DNA of 64,000 bases from Antedon mediterranea (GCF_964355755.1 NC_092671.1:40496304-40560303), one strand, 5' to 3'; shown: positions 29,301 to 41,923, counted from the stretch's first letter. Program-made: numbers and translations. The notes: generated by a model not told the origin, from the letters alone.

Positions 29301-32300
29301 TATCAAGAATTGTTAACAAAAACTAGTACTGCGCATTCAACAATTTACTTTATAGCAAATCTTCTGATTTGAATTTATCTTTTATTTTTCTTATTAAAGG
29401 ATCTACTTGTATACGTGAGTACATAGCGACTTTCATTGTTAATTATATTATATATTAATTATAATCAATTTAATTATTTTATAGCAAATCTTCTGATTTA
29501 AATTTCCCCTTTTTTTCTCTTATTAAAAATGGTTTTTATCGTCAAGGTTTGTATAGTATTACTTGCCATTACCGGTAATCACCAATGTTACATTCAAACT
29601 AACTAGATTAGTATGAAATTAAAGGTCTTAAATTACCTTAACCAAATTAAGTATATCTTTGCTCTCCATCATCGTCCTAAGAAACAGTAAGTCTGTGTTT
29701 TGCGCTTGAACCGTGTCTTTCATACTGTCCAGATTATCCATTATTGTGCTAAGAGCCTTCTCGCCTATCAATAAGAACAACAAAATATTTAGGTTATTGA
29801 TTTATATTGAGCATGTAGCCAGCCTCTTCAGCTTCATGTTAAAAGAAGACATCATCTACAGTTACAGCTGGAAAATATATATTTTCTTCAAGATAATAAT
29901 AGCCATGTATTGAGAATAATCGTGAATTAAAAATCTGAGATAAATAAAGAATATTTATGTAACTTAGAAAATAGTGAATTAAATTGATACTGGTGGTAGA
30001 ACGAGTCTTGTAGGATAAGGACGATAAACCGTATGTCCAGTATACGAGTCTAGCTCATGTGAACCTATTACATCTTTCGAGACGAGTTGGTGGTTACTCT
30101 GGTGTACTAGTACAGCCACTGATCATGACTGGGCCCTCTGGGAGATATTGAACCAGGTATTATAACAAAACACAAAAGAAAATGGCTACACATGGTGTGA
30201 TCACAAAAGCTGCTTAAAATTTATGATGGAAGTTAAATTAAGAACGTACTGTAACTGTTACTCAAAAATGAGAACACTATTTAGCATTGAATTGAATAGA
30301 CAGTATTATAATTTATATTAATATGTGACATTTATTTTTATGAGTAAAAATACAATCTTAGAAATTCTCCAATTTGGGAAGGAAAATGAATCCATGTATG
30401 TACTGTAAGACATTGTCCCAACATGACTATAACAGTAATACTACATACAGTGAAAAAAAGGCAAGAACTATTGATTCTCTCTAACAAAATATGCTACTAA
30501 CTAAGCTAAATGATATTAATAATATTGTCTTAGAAAATCCATACCTTATCCACAAACTACTCGTTAATTGCTTACAATGCTTAAAATTCTTGAGGAGAGA
30601 CAACATAAATCATTGGCAGTAGTACAATTTCCATACGGTCGTTTCCTAATGCTTCAATGCAATGGATTTCAAATTGGAAAACTAAGCGCATATTAGACAG
30701 GAATGGGTAAGCTCACTCATAAAAGACTGTAATTATTATTATTTATAAAATTGATTTTTTTGCTTTCAGAAAACATTTTAAAGTAAGAATCATAAAAATA
30801 ATCCTGTAACATTACTAACAATACAACAAAACAAATGATTAATAGAAATAATAACAAATTGCAATGCTAATTTATTCAACTCCCAAAGAAGCTAATGGAA
30901 CAGTCCTTATAAAACCAGCCTGATTATTGTTTATTCAATAAAACTACTTTTTATTTCCTAACACAATAGGCAATGGTGAATTTAATAAAGTAGTTAAACT
31001 GAAATGCTAACAATCATTGTATTGTTAAATATTCACCATTGAACCATCCTCCATGATTGAACTATTGAATGAATATTGCACTTGTGCTATTGCACATGCT
31101 CAGATGACTTAGTGTAACTGCTGACCTTGTTGTCTAATAATACCAATGTTTTTATTGGCTGAAAGTTTAATTGTTGTTCCTTAAAATCACAAACTCTGCA
31201 TTAAAGTGTGGGTTTGTAGTATTGTAAATATTGTAGTAGTACACACACTAGGCCTAGTTTAAAAACAATGTAAGTATTATTTGTAAGTTATATTCACCAA
31301 CTCATTACACAGACAATTTCTAGGGTTGTTTTTGCTGCTTCTATCTGTTAACTATTCTATTTTTTTTTTCTAATCCATAAAAAGAAACTGTTTACCCAAG
31401 ACAATTGTCGTGTATTTATATAATTATAAAGGTACTTGGAAGAAAGTTTCAAATTGAAGCCATCTAATGTCATGATTTATATTCTATGGCTTAGATCATA
31501 CTGTAGGATAGAAACATTAGGATAGAAACATTAGGATAGAAACATTAGGATAGCAACACTAGGATAGAAACATTAGGATAGAAACATTAGGATAGCAACA
31601 CTAGGATAGAAACATTAGGATAGCAACCTAAAATTGTACATATAATTTCTATCCATCACCATAGAGGGCAGAACTCTAATTAGTTTAAAATTCCAAAAAA
31701 TGCCATAAATAATTCTACTGAAATTATTGTTAAATAAATTTATATTAACAAAAATATTGATTAGTTAGCAGAGATAAGAGAATAACACAGATAGTTGTTC
31801 CATCACAATTATCTGTATGGCTGAACAAATTGAGGGGTATTTAAGCGTAAAAACGTGACGATCAATTGTAGAACGCTAACCACATCATTCAATGGTTAGA
31901 TGGATTTCATACATAGGGTTCAATAGACGGAGTTATGAAAAATTATAATTACTTAACAATAGAAAATCAGCAATTGTAAACAAAACAAATTTGTCAGCAA
32001 CCAGTGAGAAGTCATTCCCAATATCATATAGTACAAAGTGTGTGCAATACAAATATGTAATATATTGTATATTGTTTGTTTCAAATATTTTATATGCATA
32101 CAGTATTTTAATTGCTGATATTTAAAACAATAATGCGTATACTATAATTATTATAGATTATTTACAGATGTGATTTGATTTTCTTCAGTTTCAACATAAG
32201 GTTACAAGACAAAACGAATAAACAGCAACGAATTGTTCACATAATAATAATAATATATTTTCATCTCAAACTAATAAAAGTGGTATTAATTAGTGAATTT

Positions 32301-32781
32301 TATTCCTACACATTAAAAACACATGTTGTAAACTGCACTACACTAGATACAGACATAGTCTCAGTTGATAAAGTAACCTGCTAGGTTCAGCCAGACATTA
32401 ACCTCCGCACAGCTGTCGTAAGGTCGCGAGGTCAAAGGAAGATGATTCATATTCATTTCAAATATGTTGGCAACATCCTATATATAAAAATGTTGCAGCA
32501 ATCATTATATTTAATGTACTTTATAAACCTATTAAATAATAGAAAATTTAATCAGAATTACAAGAAATCAATTCTATTTTTTTTTAAACATTTATACATT
32601 CTTTTGGATTTTATTCAAATAAGAATGAATCTTAAGTACTTACTAAAACAATTTTACCATTCAAAATTATGAATTAAGTTCAACCGTTAATAAATTTGCA
32701 AGTGCAATAGGAAAACTGGCATGACAATTATAATAAAGCAACCTTACCCTCACCGGCCTCAGCCGCTGTGGCACCTGGCAT
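11341..32781 (-). CDS. MPP6: MAGUK p55 subfamily protein, MPP2/MPP6 (PALS2)/varicose type; L27-L27-PDZ-SH3-HOOK-GK, about 559 aa
   Basis: Twelve phase-consistent coding exons totalling 1680 nt: 32781-32748 (GCCACCATG Kozak), 29764-29637, 24573-24421, 24230-24081, 23805-23730, 22557-22406, 22102-21971, 16396-16288, 15879-15652, 13003-12801, 12004-11876, 11526-11341. Motifs: [11 protein letters not shown]...LVK/AHDRLED (L27), [34 protein letters not shown] (PDZ), [27 protein letters not shown] (SH3), [25 protein letters not shown] (GK), and C-terminal QWVPVSWVY. Likely co-orthologous to vertebrate MPP2 and MPP6. Confidence 0.92.
12140..12610. repeat. ~32-bp minisatellite (agccctatacaaagcctatatggccatatata), about 14-15 copies
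   Basis: Tandem periodicity; each unit contains the palindrome tatatggccatata. Confidence 0.92.
14942..15102. mobile_element. Tc1/mariner (pogo/Tigger-like) MITE, same family as 6597-6753
   Basis: CAGTCTACTCTCCCAATACCGGA...TCCGGTATTGGGAGAGTTAACTG with TA flanks. Confidence 0.8.
16773..20701. repeat. 51-bp intronic satellite, roughly 77 units (48/51/54-bp variants)
   Basis: Unit gcacttgatgctgtataccagcagacttaaacattacacataatatgtgta. It lies inside the MPP intron between exons 22102-21971 and 16396-16288 and explains the repetitive ORFs in the track. Confidence 0.97.
21182..21801. mobile_element. PIF/Harbinger-like MITE
   Basis: About 40-bp TIR AGGCCAATTTACACAGACGAGCGGTAACGGTAAGCGGTAA with TAA/TTA flanks. 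It appears nested in an older element spanning about 21040-21890. Confidence 0.8.
22926..23104. mobile_element. PIF/Harbinger-like MITE
   Basis: TIR AGCTTGATTCCCACTAG...CTAGTGGGAACCACGCT with TWA flanks; partial copy at about 7155-7270. Confidence 0.7.
23211..23754 (-). repeat. 36-bp tandem array (15 units) made of the MPP PDZ exon 3' end plus its 5' splice site
   Basis: Unit on the minus strand is CAAGGAGGCATGATAGATAAGCAAG/GTAAGGTTTTA. The unit at 23499 carries a 4-bp insertion. Confidence 0.95.
27735..29053 (-). mobile_element. Non-autonomous Helitron
   Basis: Minus strand starts TCTATATATAAA and ends with the GC-rich hairpin GGTACGCGAGCGAAGCGAGCGTACC followed by ATCTAG. It is inserted between A and T, with no TSD. 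Confidence 0.8.
31506..31625. repeat. 14-bp minisatellite (ggatagaaacatta)
   Basis: Direct tandem periodicity, about 8-9 copies. Confidence 0.9.
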
Positions 32782-32877
32782 GGTGGCGAAGATTTATCCT
32801 GAAATTTTGATAACAATACAATGTTTTTAATAACACATACATTTTAGTTCATACTCAAACTGTCTATTTCAAAATTG

Positions 32878-34377
32878 GGCGCTAATGCAGTTTCGTACCC
32901 ACCCCTTAAAATTACTCAAAATGATTTCAATACTTCATCTAGCCTACTCACGAGTTGTCTTCAGCATTCAGCAAGCATAAAATGGTAAAATATCGATAAT
33001 CTTATTTATAACTATTTTTAATCAATTAATAATTGAGCACCCTTCAGAAATCCATCGCCAGCTTAGCTTCGCGAAAATCATCGCTAGGCCTGCCGATGAA
33101 AGTACGGAAGCCTCATAGGGCATCGATCTATAGAGGACGCTGTTATGATCATATTATGGCGATAATAAAATATTTTTTACATGTTCCTTGTGAAACGGAT
33201 TTTAAGTTTTTTTCATAAAGAAATATTTTGTGTTTAATTATATTGTTAATTTTTAGAAATTCTATTTATTTTGAATGTTGTGTGTTATTGTCTTGTCGAA
33301 TTATATTTTTTGTAAGGGTCCCTAATGATCAGCTTCGGCTGGATGGACCACCCTCATAAAATATTGTTGAAATAAATTAATGAATAGTTGCTTCATTATT
33401 TAATGTTTTATTTGATTTTATTAATAAACACAACAGGAAAGAAGATAAAAAAGAAGAAATGAAAGACATGAAATGATGTATTCAGTGTCAGCAGAAGTAA
33501 AATAAATTCTAGTAATTGATGGAAAACATTTTTATTATAATTATTGTATTACTGTACATTACATTTCAATAAATTATATTTTTCTGTTTTTGTTGCATTT
33601 TCTATCTCCATGTATTTTGAAGAGGTCTTTCATAGGTGAATAAAAATGTTAATTAATAATAATATACTTCTATAAAATCTTAAAACAGGGAAACCATTAG
33701 CGTTTCTAGTATAGCTAGTGATAACAAATACTAAAACAATTAATTCGTCATAGCTTGATTATTGTGTTAACATTAACAATGTAACTCAGGAATGAAGTAC
33801 TGTAATTCTTTTTATTCATTTCATTTATTTATTTGACCTACAAACCATAATGTAAAATAAACTAAAACAGAGGAAAATTGGTCAGTACTTATATCTTCAA
33901 GAGTCAGCAGTTCCATATTTATCTTCTTTTCTGTGTGAAATTCTACTAGTAAAATGAAAGAACAAATTAAAAACATAACATAATTATGATGATACCCACA
34001 ATGATGAATACAGCAATTGTATAGTTTTTCTTTTCGTTATTAAAAATACGAAACGCATGTCGGAAATAATGAAAATTATAATTATTTGGTGCGTGCTTTA
34101 AACGTTAGTAACTACGCCCTCTATAGAACCAAACTGTTTACTCTATTAATAGAGTTAATGTCCTGTGAGGCCTCCGTACTTTTATCGGCAGGCCTAGCGA
34201 TGATTTTCGCGAAGCTAAGCTGGCGATGTATTTCCGAAGGGTGCTCAGTATTAATTGATTAAAAATAGTTTTAAATAAAAAATTATCGATTTTTTCAATT
34301 TTATGATTGCAGAATGTTGTAGACAACTCGTGATTTTGAGTAATTTTAAGGGGTGGGTACGAAACTGCATTAGCGCC
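32878..34377. mobile_element. Non-autonomous DNA transposon with long (~250 bp) inverted arms and 8-bp TSD, possibly Merlin-like
   Basis: Termini GGCGCTAATGCAGTTTCGTACCCACCCCTTAAAATTACTCAAAAT are inverted; CAAAATTG is duplicated at 32870-32877 and 34378-34385. The superfamily is inferred only from the GG termini and TSD length. Confidence 0.75.
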
Positions 34378-34809
34378 CAAAATTGTGACTTTTTAACAAT
34401 TTACACTTTACTGAATTTAAAAAAAACAACATTATTTTATTTTCAATTGTTTCTTTAAAATAAAAGCAATATTACTTAAATATAGTGTAGATTTTCAATC
34501 TACAATTCTGCCACATAATTGTTTTTTAAAAGAAGAAAAATAAACTACCTTCTTTAAAAAAAATGTCAAGTTAACAATCTATTTATAGAAGTTAGTAATA
34601 TAAATACGGTAGTATACTGTAGAAGCCTTCTATAAATATATATAGGCCAGCTATTTATTTAGTAAGTCTGTAGTAAGGTGTTTCTTAATATGTATTCATT
34701 GTTACAGCACACACACATTGTGACTGATAGCTTAAGCCTTAATTGGTCTACTATTTGCATACACATTTAAAAAATTACGTCTTACTTATATATCTTCAAA
34801 ATGCCTTAC

Positions 34810-34990
34810 CCTTTTCTATAGCTGAAATCAATAAAAAAAAAAACAACAGCTTTCGATTTGTGTGTGTATTGTTGCTGTTGGTGGAGAGATGCGGCTCCTC
34901 CGTGTGTGACACTGTGTGTACCATAAAAGGTCAAACTTGACCATGCTTCGTTGCACACGTACACATATCACTGGTGGCGCGCTATAGATT
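34810..34990 (-). promoter_or_regulatory. Putative non-coding first exon and promoter region of the MPP gene
   Basis: A strong donor (AAGG/GTAAGG, + strand cttac 34805-34809) lies upstream of the ATG exon, whose acceptor is at 32799-32801. There is a locally GC-richer patch at 34880-34985. The transcription start is not determinable from sequence. Confidence 0.45.
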
Positions 34991-35554
34991 TTTTAATGAA
35001 TCAGAGAGAACATAGTCAATAGAAAGTGACTATGGAGAGAATAATCAGTCATACACTTGTTTATTTATTTTTTATCAAAGATAGTGCAAAGATAGTCAAC
35101 TAGTGCTAGCCAGGACTTAAACTAGAACTATAAAAATAAACCTGGCTAGTGACGAGGGCGTATCCTCATACTTCGGTTTGGGTTTAGTTTTGCAATATTT
35201 ATTAGTTTGTTATTTTATCATTATAATCAGGTATATAAAATATACCAAATTGGCTAGTTGAGAATTCTCAACTATTACCACAGTACGCCTGTACGACGAA
35301 GCCTACCGGTATAATGGGATAGGCTGATTTCCTTCTTAACTTAAGGGGTCATTTAATTATGATTGGTAGTAAAGGAAATTTACTGCAATCCTATTGGATG
35401 GTAAGGTGGTAGTAGGACCATGTCCATCCCATTGCAGTAATAAAGTTGAGCCACCTGCAACCATTAAAATGTCCTACCATGCTAATGTAGGAGTGGGGAA
35501 ATGTTATGCTTACTACTGTTTCTTTTAATAATTTAGTACAATTAATAAGAATAA

Positions 35555-37668
35555 AGAATACACTTAACAATATACAACAAATAACATTAATGTACGATGT
35601 AGTTTAACACTGTTCTCAACTATAGTCATTTTGGTATACTTGAGCACATTGATAAAGAATAGGATAAACTTAACAATATACAACAACTAACATTAAGGTA
35701 CGATTCCATTTAACACTGTTCTCAACTATAGTCATTTTGGTATACTTGAGCACAGTGATAAAGAATAGGATAAACTTAACAATATACAACAACAATGTAC
35801 GATCCCGTTTAACACTGTTCTCAACTATAGTCATTTTGGTATACTAGAGCACAGTGATAAAGAATAGGATAAACTTAACAATATACAACAAATAACATTA
35901 ATGTACGATCCAGTTTAACACTGTTCTCAACTATAAGTTTGTTCGATTCCTGTCTAATAACTGTGTTAATTTTGCCTTTTCCATTGATTCTGTCAGCAAT
36001 CGTCGAACGATATCTGATATGGTTTTTTTATATAATATTTTAAATTCTAAATATGACTGTTCATTAATTTCACTATTTAGTTGAAATGTTCCTGGTCGTA
36101 CACGAAATAGACATTTATTGCATATTCCTTTCAGCCGTGTCGACTGTACTAAGAGGGGACTTTTTCATAGACTACCTTATACATTTAATAATCTAAATAG
36201 CAATCATATCGATATTTTTAATGATAGACTTGGTTATTTTAAGAGGACGATTATGTGTTCACTTCTTGAACAGCCTGCATAACCTGTTTTAATTGAAATT
36301 GTTTATGGCTTGCCGATCTATGTTTTATATATATATATATATATTTTATCTGTATTTTATTGTTAAGCGTTTTTGATGTTGTATTGTTTTATGTTTCAAA
36401 CCTGTTAGTGGCGGTATTTATCGCTGTTGGTTTTGATTGAATAAAATAAAATAAAATAAAATAAAATATAGTCATTTTGGTATACTTGAGCACAGTGATA
36501 AAGAATAGGATAAACTTAACAATATACAACAAATAACATCAATGTACGATCCCGTTTAACACTGTTCTCAACTATAGTCATTTTGGTATACTTGAGCACA
36601 GTGATAAAGAATAGGATAAACTTAATAATATACAACAAATAACATTAATGTACGATCCCGTTTAACACTGTTCTCAACTATAGTCATTTTGGTATACTTG
36701 AGCACAGTGATAAAGAATAGGATAAACTTAACAATATACAACAAAAAAACATTAATGTACGATCCAGTTTAACACTGTTCTCAACTATAGTCATTTTGGT
36801 ATACTTGAGAACAGTTATAAAGAATAGGATAAACTTAACAATATACAACAAAAAACATTAATGTACGATCCCGTTTAACACTGTTCTCAACTATAGTCAT
36901 TTTGGTATACTTGAGCAGTGATAAAGAATAGGATAAACTTAACAATATACAACAAAAAACATTAATGTACGATCCCGTTTAACACTGTTCTCGACTATAG
37001 TCATTTTGGTATACTTGAGAACAGTGATAAAGAATAGGATAAACTTAACAATATACAACAAAAAAACATTAATGTACGACGATCCAGTTTAACACTGTTC
37101 TCAACTATAGTCATTTTGGTATACTTGAGAACAGTTATAAAGAATAGGATAAACTTAACAATATACAACAAAAAACATTAATGTACGATCCCGTTTAACA
37201 CTGTTCTCAACTATAGTCATTTTGGTATACTTGAGCAGTGATAAAGAATAGGACAAACTTAACAATATACAACAAATAACATTAATGTACGATCCAGTTT
37301 AACACTGTTCTCAACTATAGTCATTTTGGTATACTTGAGCAGTGATAAAGAATAGGACAAACTTAATAATATACAACAAATAACATTAATGTACGATCTA
37401 GTTTACCACTGTTCTCAACTATAGTCATTTTGGTATACTTGAGCATAGTGATAAAGAATAGGATAAACTTAACAATATACAACAAAAAACATTAATGTAC
37501 GATCCCGTTTAACACTGTTCTCGACTATAGTCATTTTGGTATACTTGAGAACAGTGATAAAGAATAGGATAAACTTAACAATATACAACAAATAACATTA
37601 ATGTACACGATTCTGTTTAACACTGTTCTCAACTATAGTCATTTTCATATACTTGAGCACAGTGATAA
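35555..37668 (+). repeat. 106-bp satellite array (left arm), about 15 units
   Basis: Unit ataaagaataggataaacttaacaatatacaacaaataacattaatgtacgatcccgtttaacactgttctcaactatagtcattttggtatacttgagcacagtg. Confidence 0.93.
35935..36466 (+). mobile_element. 5'-truncated LINE 3' end (CR1/Jockey-like) inserted in the satellite
   Basis: Residual frame VPGRTRNRHLLHIPFSRVDCTKRGLFHRLPYTFN, an (AATAA)n tail and TATA on both sides. The satellite unit resumes in register. Confidence 0.65.
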
Positions 37669-37679
37669 TATGAAAAACA

Positions 37680-38960
37680 TAATAACACTATAATATTTGT
37701 AGATGAATGACGCGGACACATACATATGTTCATAAGTAATTGATATAAATTGACTTTTAAAAGTGGAATTAACACAAATGATTGTAGATAAATATGACGT
37801 GAATTGCACGTACATTATGTTGATGAGTAGTATATTTATATAAATCTACTTTGAAAAGTGAAATAACACTAATATTTGTAGATGAATATGACTTGGACAC
37901 GATTTACATATATGTTGATGCGTATATTGATATAAATCGACTTTTAAAAGTGAAATAACACTAATATTTGTAGATGAATATGAATGACGTGGACACGTAC
38001 GGTACATAATGTTGATGAGTAATATTGATATAAAGCGACTTTTAAAAGTGAAATAACACTATTGATTGTAGATGAATATGACGTGGACAAGTACATTTAT
38101 TGATGAGTATTTTGATATAAATCGACTTTTAAAAGTGAAATAACACTATTAGTTGTACACTATTGATCATATATGAATATGACGTGAATTGCACGTACAT
38201 ATGTTGATGAGTAGGCCTATATTGATATAATTGACTTCGAAAAGTGAAATAACACTGATTTGTAAATGAATATGACGTGGACAAGTACATTTATTGATGA
38301 GTAACTTGATAAATCGACTTTTAAAAGTGAAATAACACTAATATTTATAGATGAATATGACGTGCACACGTACATATGTTGATGAGTATATTGATATAAA
38401 TCGACTTTTAAAAGTGGAATTAACACTATTGATTGTAGACGTGAATTGCACGTACATATGTTGATGAGTGTATTGATATAAATCGACTAAACGTTAAATA
38501 ACACTATATCTTGTACAAGTACCCTCACTTGCACTGATGAAGGGCTAGTGTTGCCCGAAAACTCTGCTAACTTTTCTGGCTGTTTTACTTTATCGTTTTG
38601 ATTTAGCTTTTTTCGCTTCTTTTTTTGTATTTCCATTGAGACCACAGCATTGTTATTATTTCAGTATTTTGCCTTTGAATTTACTAATATTAAAAGTGAA
38701 ATAACACTAATGACTGTAGATGATATGACATTTATGTTGATGTATATATTTTTGTATATATAATATGCACACGTACATACGTTGATAGGTATTGATATAA
38801 ATAGATTTTTAAAAGTACGGTAATAGACACTTTATTTGTAGATGAATACGACATGGACAAGTTGCAATAAATTCTATCGTTATATCGTATGTTGATGAGT
38901 ATTGATATAAATCGACTTTTTAAAAGTGGAATAACACTAAAATGTATAGATGGATATGGC
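37680..38960 (+). repeat. Diverged ~87-bp tandem array in the foldback centre
   Basis: Unit approximately aaaagtgaaataacactaatatttgtagatgaatatgacgtggacacgtacatatgttgatgagtatattgatataaatcgactttt. Confidence 0.85.
38529..38570 (+). ncRNA. Minimal hammerhead-ribozyme motif in a probable Penelope-like pLTR fragment (about 38510-38690)
   Basis: gca-CTGATGA-a-GGGC tagtgtt GCCC-GAAA-actc-tgc gives the catalytic boxes, a 4-bp stem II and a 3-bp stem I. Stem III is degenerate. Confidence 0.65.
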
Positions 38961-39374
38961 CTCAACAAGTATTGTATTAAGCGGTACTGTATATTAATAG
39001 AGTTCATACCTGTAATGTCAATGAAATCTGGCAACAAGAATTGTGTTTGATCCTCCTAATAGTATTCTAATAATCTTGGTTTGTAAAGTAGGCATGAAAA
39101 ATCTAAACGCATAGCCAGGGGAGGGCTTGGAGTTTCGAACAAACTCCCCTGTGCCCGTCCTACGGTTTTTGTGAACTTTTTAGTAGCGTGCAAACGCGAC
39201 TCTACAGCTCACTATGTCGGTCGGTCGGTAAACACCAACTCAAATTTGAGCACGCGACTGCAGCCATGTATATGTTTCTGTTTATACTAGAAATCAGCAG
39301 TGAAAGTATATGTAAATAATATGTGTTAATATAGAATTAGTTTTTTTTATTTAATAAATAGTATTAAAGTTGAT

Positions 39375-40432
39375 CTTATTCTTTATCTGTGATTAATTAT
39401 ACTCAAATGACTATAGTTTAAAACAGTATTAAACGGCATCGTACATTAATGTTATTTGCTGTTTATTCGAAGTTTATCCTATTCTTTATCACTGTGCTCT
39501 AGTATATCAAAATGACTATAGTTGAGAACGGTGTTAAACTGGATCGTACATTAATGTTATTTGTTGTATATTGTTAAGTTTATCCTATTCTTTATCACTG
39601 TGCTCAAGTATACCAAAATGACTATAGTTGAGAACAGTGTTAAACTGGATCGTACATTAATGTTATTTGTTGTATATTGTTAAGTTTATCCTATTCTTTA
39701 TCACTGTGCTCAAGTATACCAAAATGACTATAGTCGAGAACAGTGTTAAACTGGATCGTACATTAATGTTATTTGTTGTATATTATTAAGTTTATCCTAT
39801 TCTTTATCACTGTGCTCAAGTATACCAAAATGACTATAGTTGAGAACAGTGTTAAACGGGATCGTACATTAATGCTATTTGTTGTATATTATTAAGTTTA
39901 TCCTATTCTTTATCACTGTGCTCAAGTATACCAAAATGACTATAGTTGAGAACAGTGTTAAACGGGATCGTACATTAATGCTATTTGTTGTATATTGTTA
40001 AGTTTATCCTATTGTTTATTTTTTTAATTTTTTATTTTATTTCATACTCATCCAACAGCGAGTAACCCGCCAATTACAGGATGGATAAACTATTTAATTA
40101 ATGTTATTTGTTGTATATTGTTAAGTTTATCCTATTCTTTATCACTGTGCTCAAGTATACCAAAATGACTATAGTTGAGAACAGTGTTAAACAGGATCAT
40201 ACATTAATGTTATTTGTTGTATATTATTAAGTTTATCCTATTCTTTATCACTGTGCTCAAGTATACCAAAATGACTATAGTTGAGAACAGTGTTAAACGG
40301 GATCATACATTAATGTTATTTGTTGTATATTATTAAGTTTATCCTACCGTATTCTTTATCACTGTGCTCAAGTATACTAAAATGACTATAGTTGAGAACA
40401 GTGTTAAACTGGATCGTACATTAATTTTATCC
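39375..40432 (-). repeat. 106-bp satellite array (right arm), reverse complement of 35555-37668, about 9-10 units
   Basis: Unit reads as the reverse complement of the left-arm unit; a short insertion lies near 40015-40095. Confidence 0.93.
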
Positions 40433-41327
40433 TTTGCTTTACTGTGCTTTGATTTGATAAGTAAGTTTGGTTGCCCCGCCCCCATATGCTGCCTACTAAA
40501 TTAGGATTCCCTAGCTTTTCTATAAAAATTGAAGTACCCACAATGCACGTTATACGGAAGTCATAGTCTTGTAAAATACAGACACAATAGTTTTTATCGT
40601 ATTGTTTTCATTTAAATATCACTAAGATTGTCTTAAACTACAAACAACTAAAATTAGTGAAGGTATGCAAGTGTTTCTAAATGTTTACTACTGGTAGTAT
40701 TAATACAATTTGGATTATATCTTTTTCCAGAAAGGTAGAAAAAAACATAAAATATTTGAGAATTCTCAACTAGCCAGGATGGTATAGGAAATATAGCTCT
40801 TATAATTCATGTAAATAATGAAAGAAATATTATGTTCAAAATGTCTTTATGAATGTAATCTTATGCAATATACCATTTTTTTTATTTTTATACCTAATCT
40901 CAATTTTTAATACTGAATACCGTATCAATCTTTATATCGTTTTAGCTCTGTAATATAAATTTTCACTGTATACATATTTGTTTCATCATATTTAGATTTC
41001 AACACAATATCAAAATATTTTCTATAATCTTTTTACATCAGACTGTACAATATCACTTATATATATTTATTGATAGATAGATAGATAATATAACCTGTAT
41101 CATATTGTTGATCATTGCAATAAAAGTGGGTTGCCCCTCACAAAAGAAAAAAAAATATAAGTATCCAGGAACAGCCCCTGCCTAACCTAAATTAACTGAA
41201 CTCTCTAAATATCTCTCTTTCAAAATAAAAAAAAACATTTTATATTTATTTTAAAAAAAAGAAATCCGTAGAGATTTGAACCCCAGCTAGTAGAGCTGAG
41301 AGAATCCAAACGATAGTTACTAGAGTA

Positions 41328-41923
41328 TCAAAAATCAAAGAGAGTAGTGACATTTATATTCTTGGTGACTTTAACATAATAATGTACTTTAAATATTAAT
41401 CCAGTATCGCAAAGATATAATGATTGTCTTATAAGAAATGGTTTTAGTAATGTTATTAAGGATATAACTAGAATAGGAAAAGAAAAAAGCTCATGTTTGG
41501 ACCACATTGTTACTAATGTACAAAAAAATGTGAAGCAATCTGGAGTAATTAACATTGGCTTAGTGACCATTTTCTTATTTATTGCACTAGAAACCTAAGT
41601 CTCATGTTCATAAAAATGAACACAACTCCGCAAAATTACGATCTTTAAAAAACTATAATGTAAATAACTATCTTGAAACACTTAACGATATCGATTGGTC
41701 TGTTGTCACTGATAATGTCGATGTAAATATCGCGTGGTTAACTATTAAAGATATCATCATTAAGGTTATCGACTCAATAGCGCCAATAAAAAAAGTTAGA
41801 CAAACAAAACATAGCACCCGGTTTACCTCCGAAATTGCCAATGAAATCAAAGTAAGAGACACTTTTAAAAAAATTCAAGAAAGATATATCTAATCTAGAT
41901 ATATACAAATCTTATTGTGCCTC
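41328..41923 (+). pseudogene. Decayed CR1/L2-group LINE ORF2, endonuclease part (left of the LTR insertion)
   Basis: Frameshifted APE motifs IYILGDFNI, LDHIVTN and SDH. The sequence continues at 53286 after removing the LTR element. Confidence 0.75.

Larger units (their letters stand above)
35231..40800. mobile_element. Large foldback-like element with inverted satellite arms
   Basis: Inverted motif TGGCTAGTTGAGAATTCTCAA at about 35251 and about 40756-40776 encloses 106-bp arrays in opposite orientations and a central 87-bp array. True termini and TSD were not resolved. Confidence 0.6.

Noticed and set aside
30545-30606. Alternative first coding exon of the MPP gene (MLSLLKNF...)
   Set aside because: It would end in phase 2, whereas the next exon (29764) needs phase 1.
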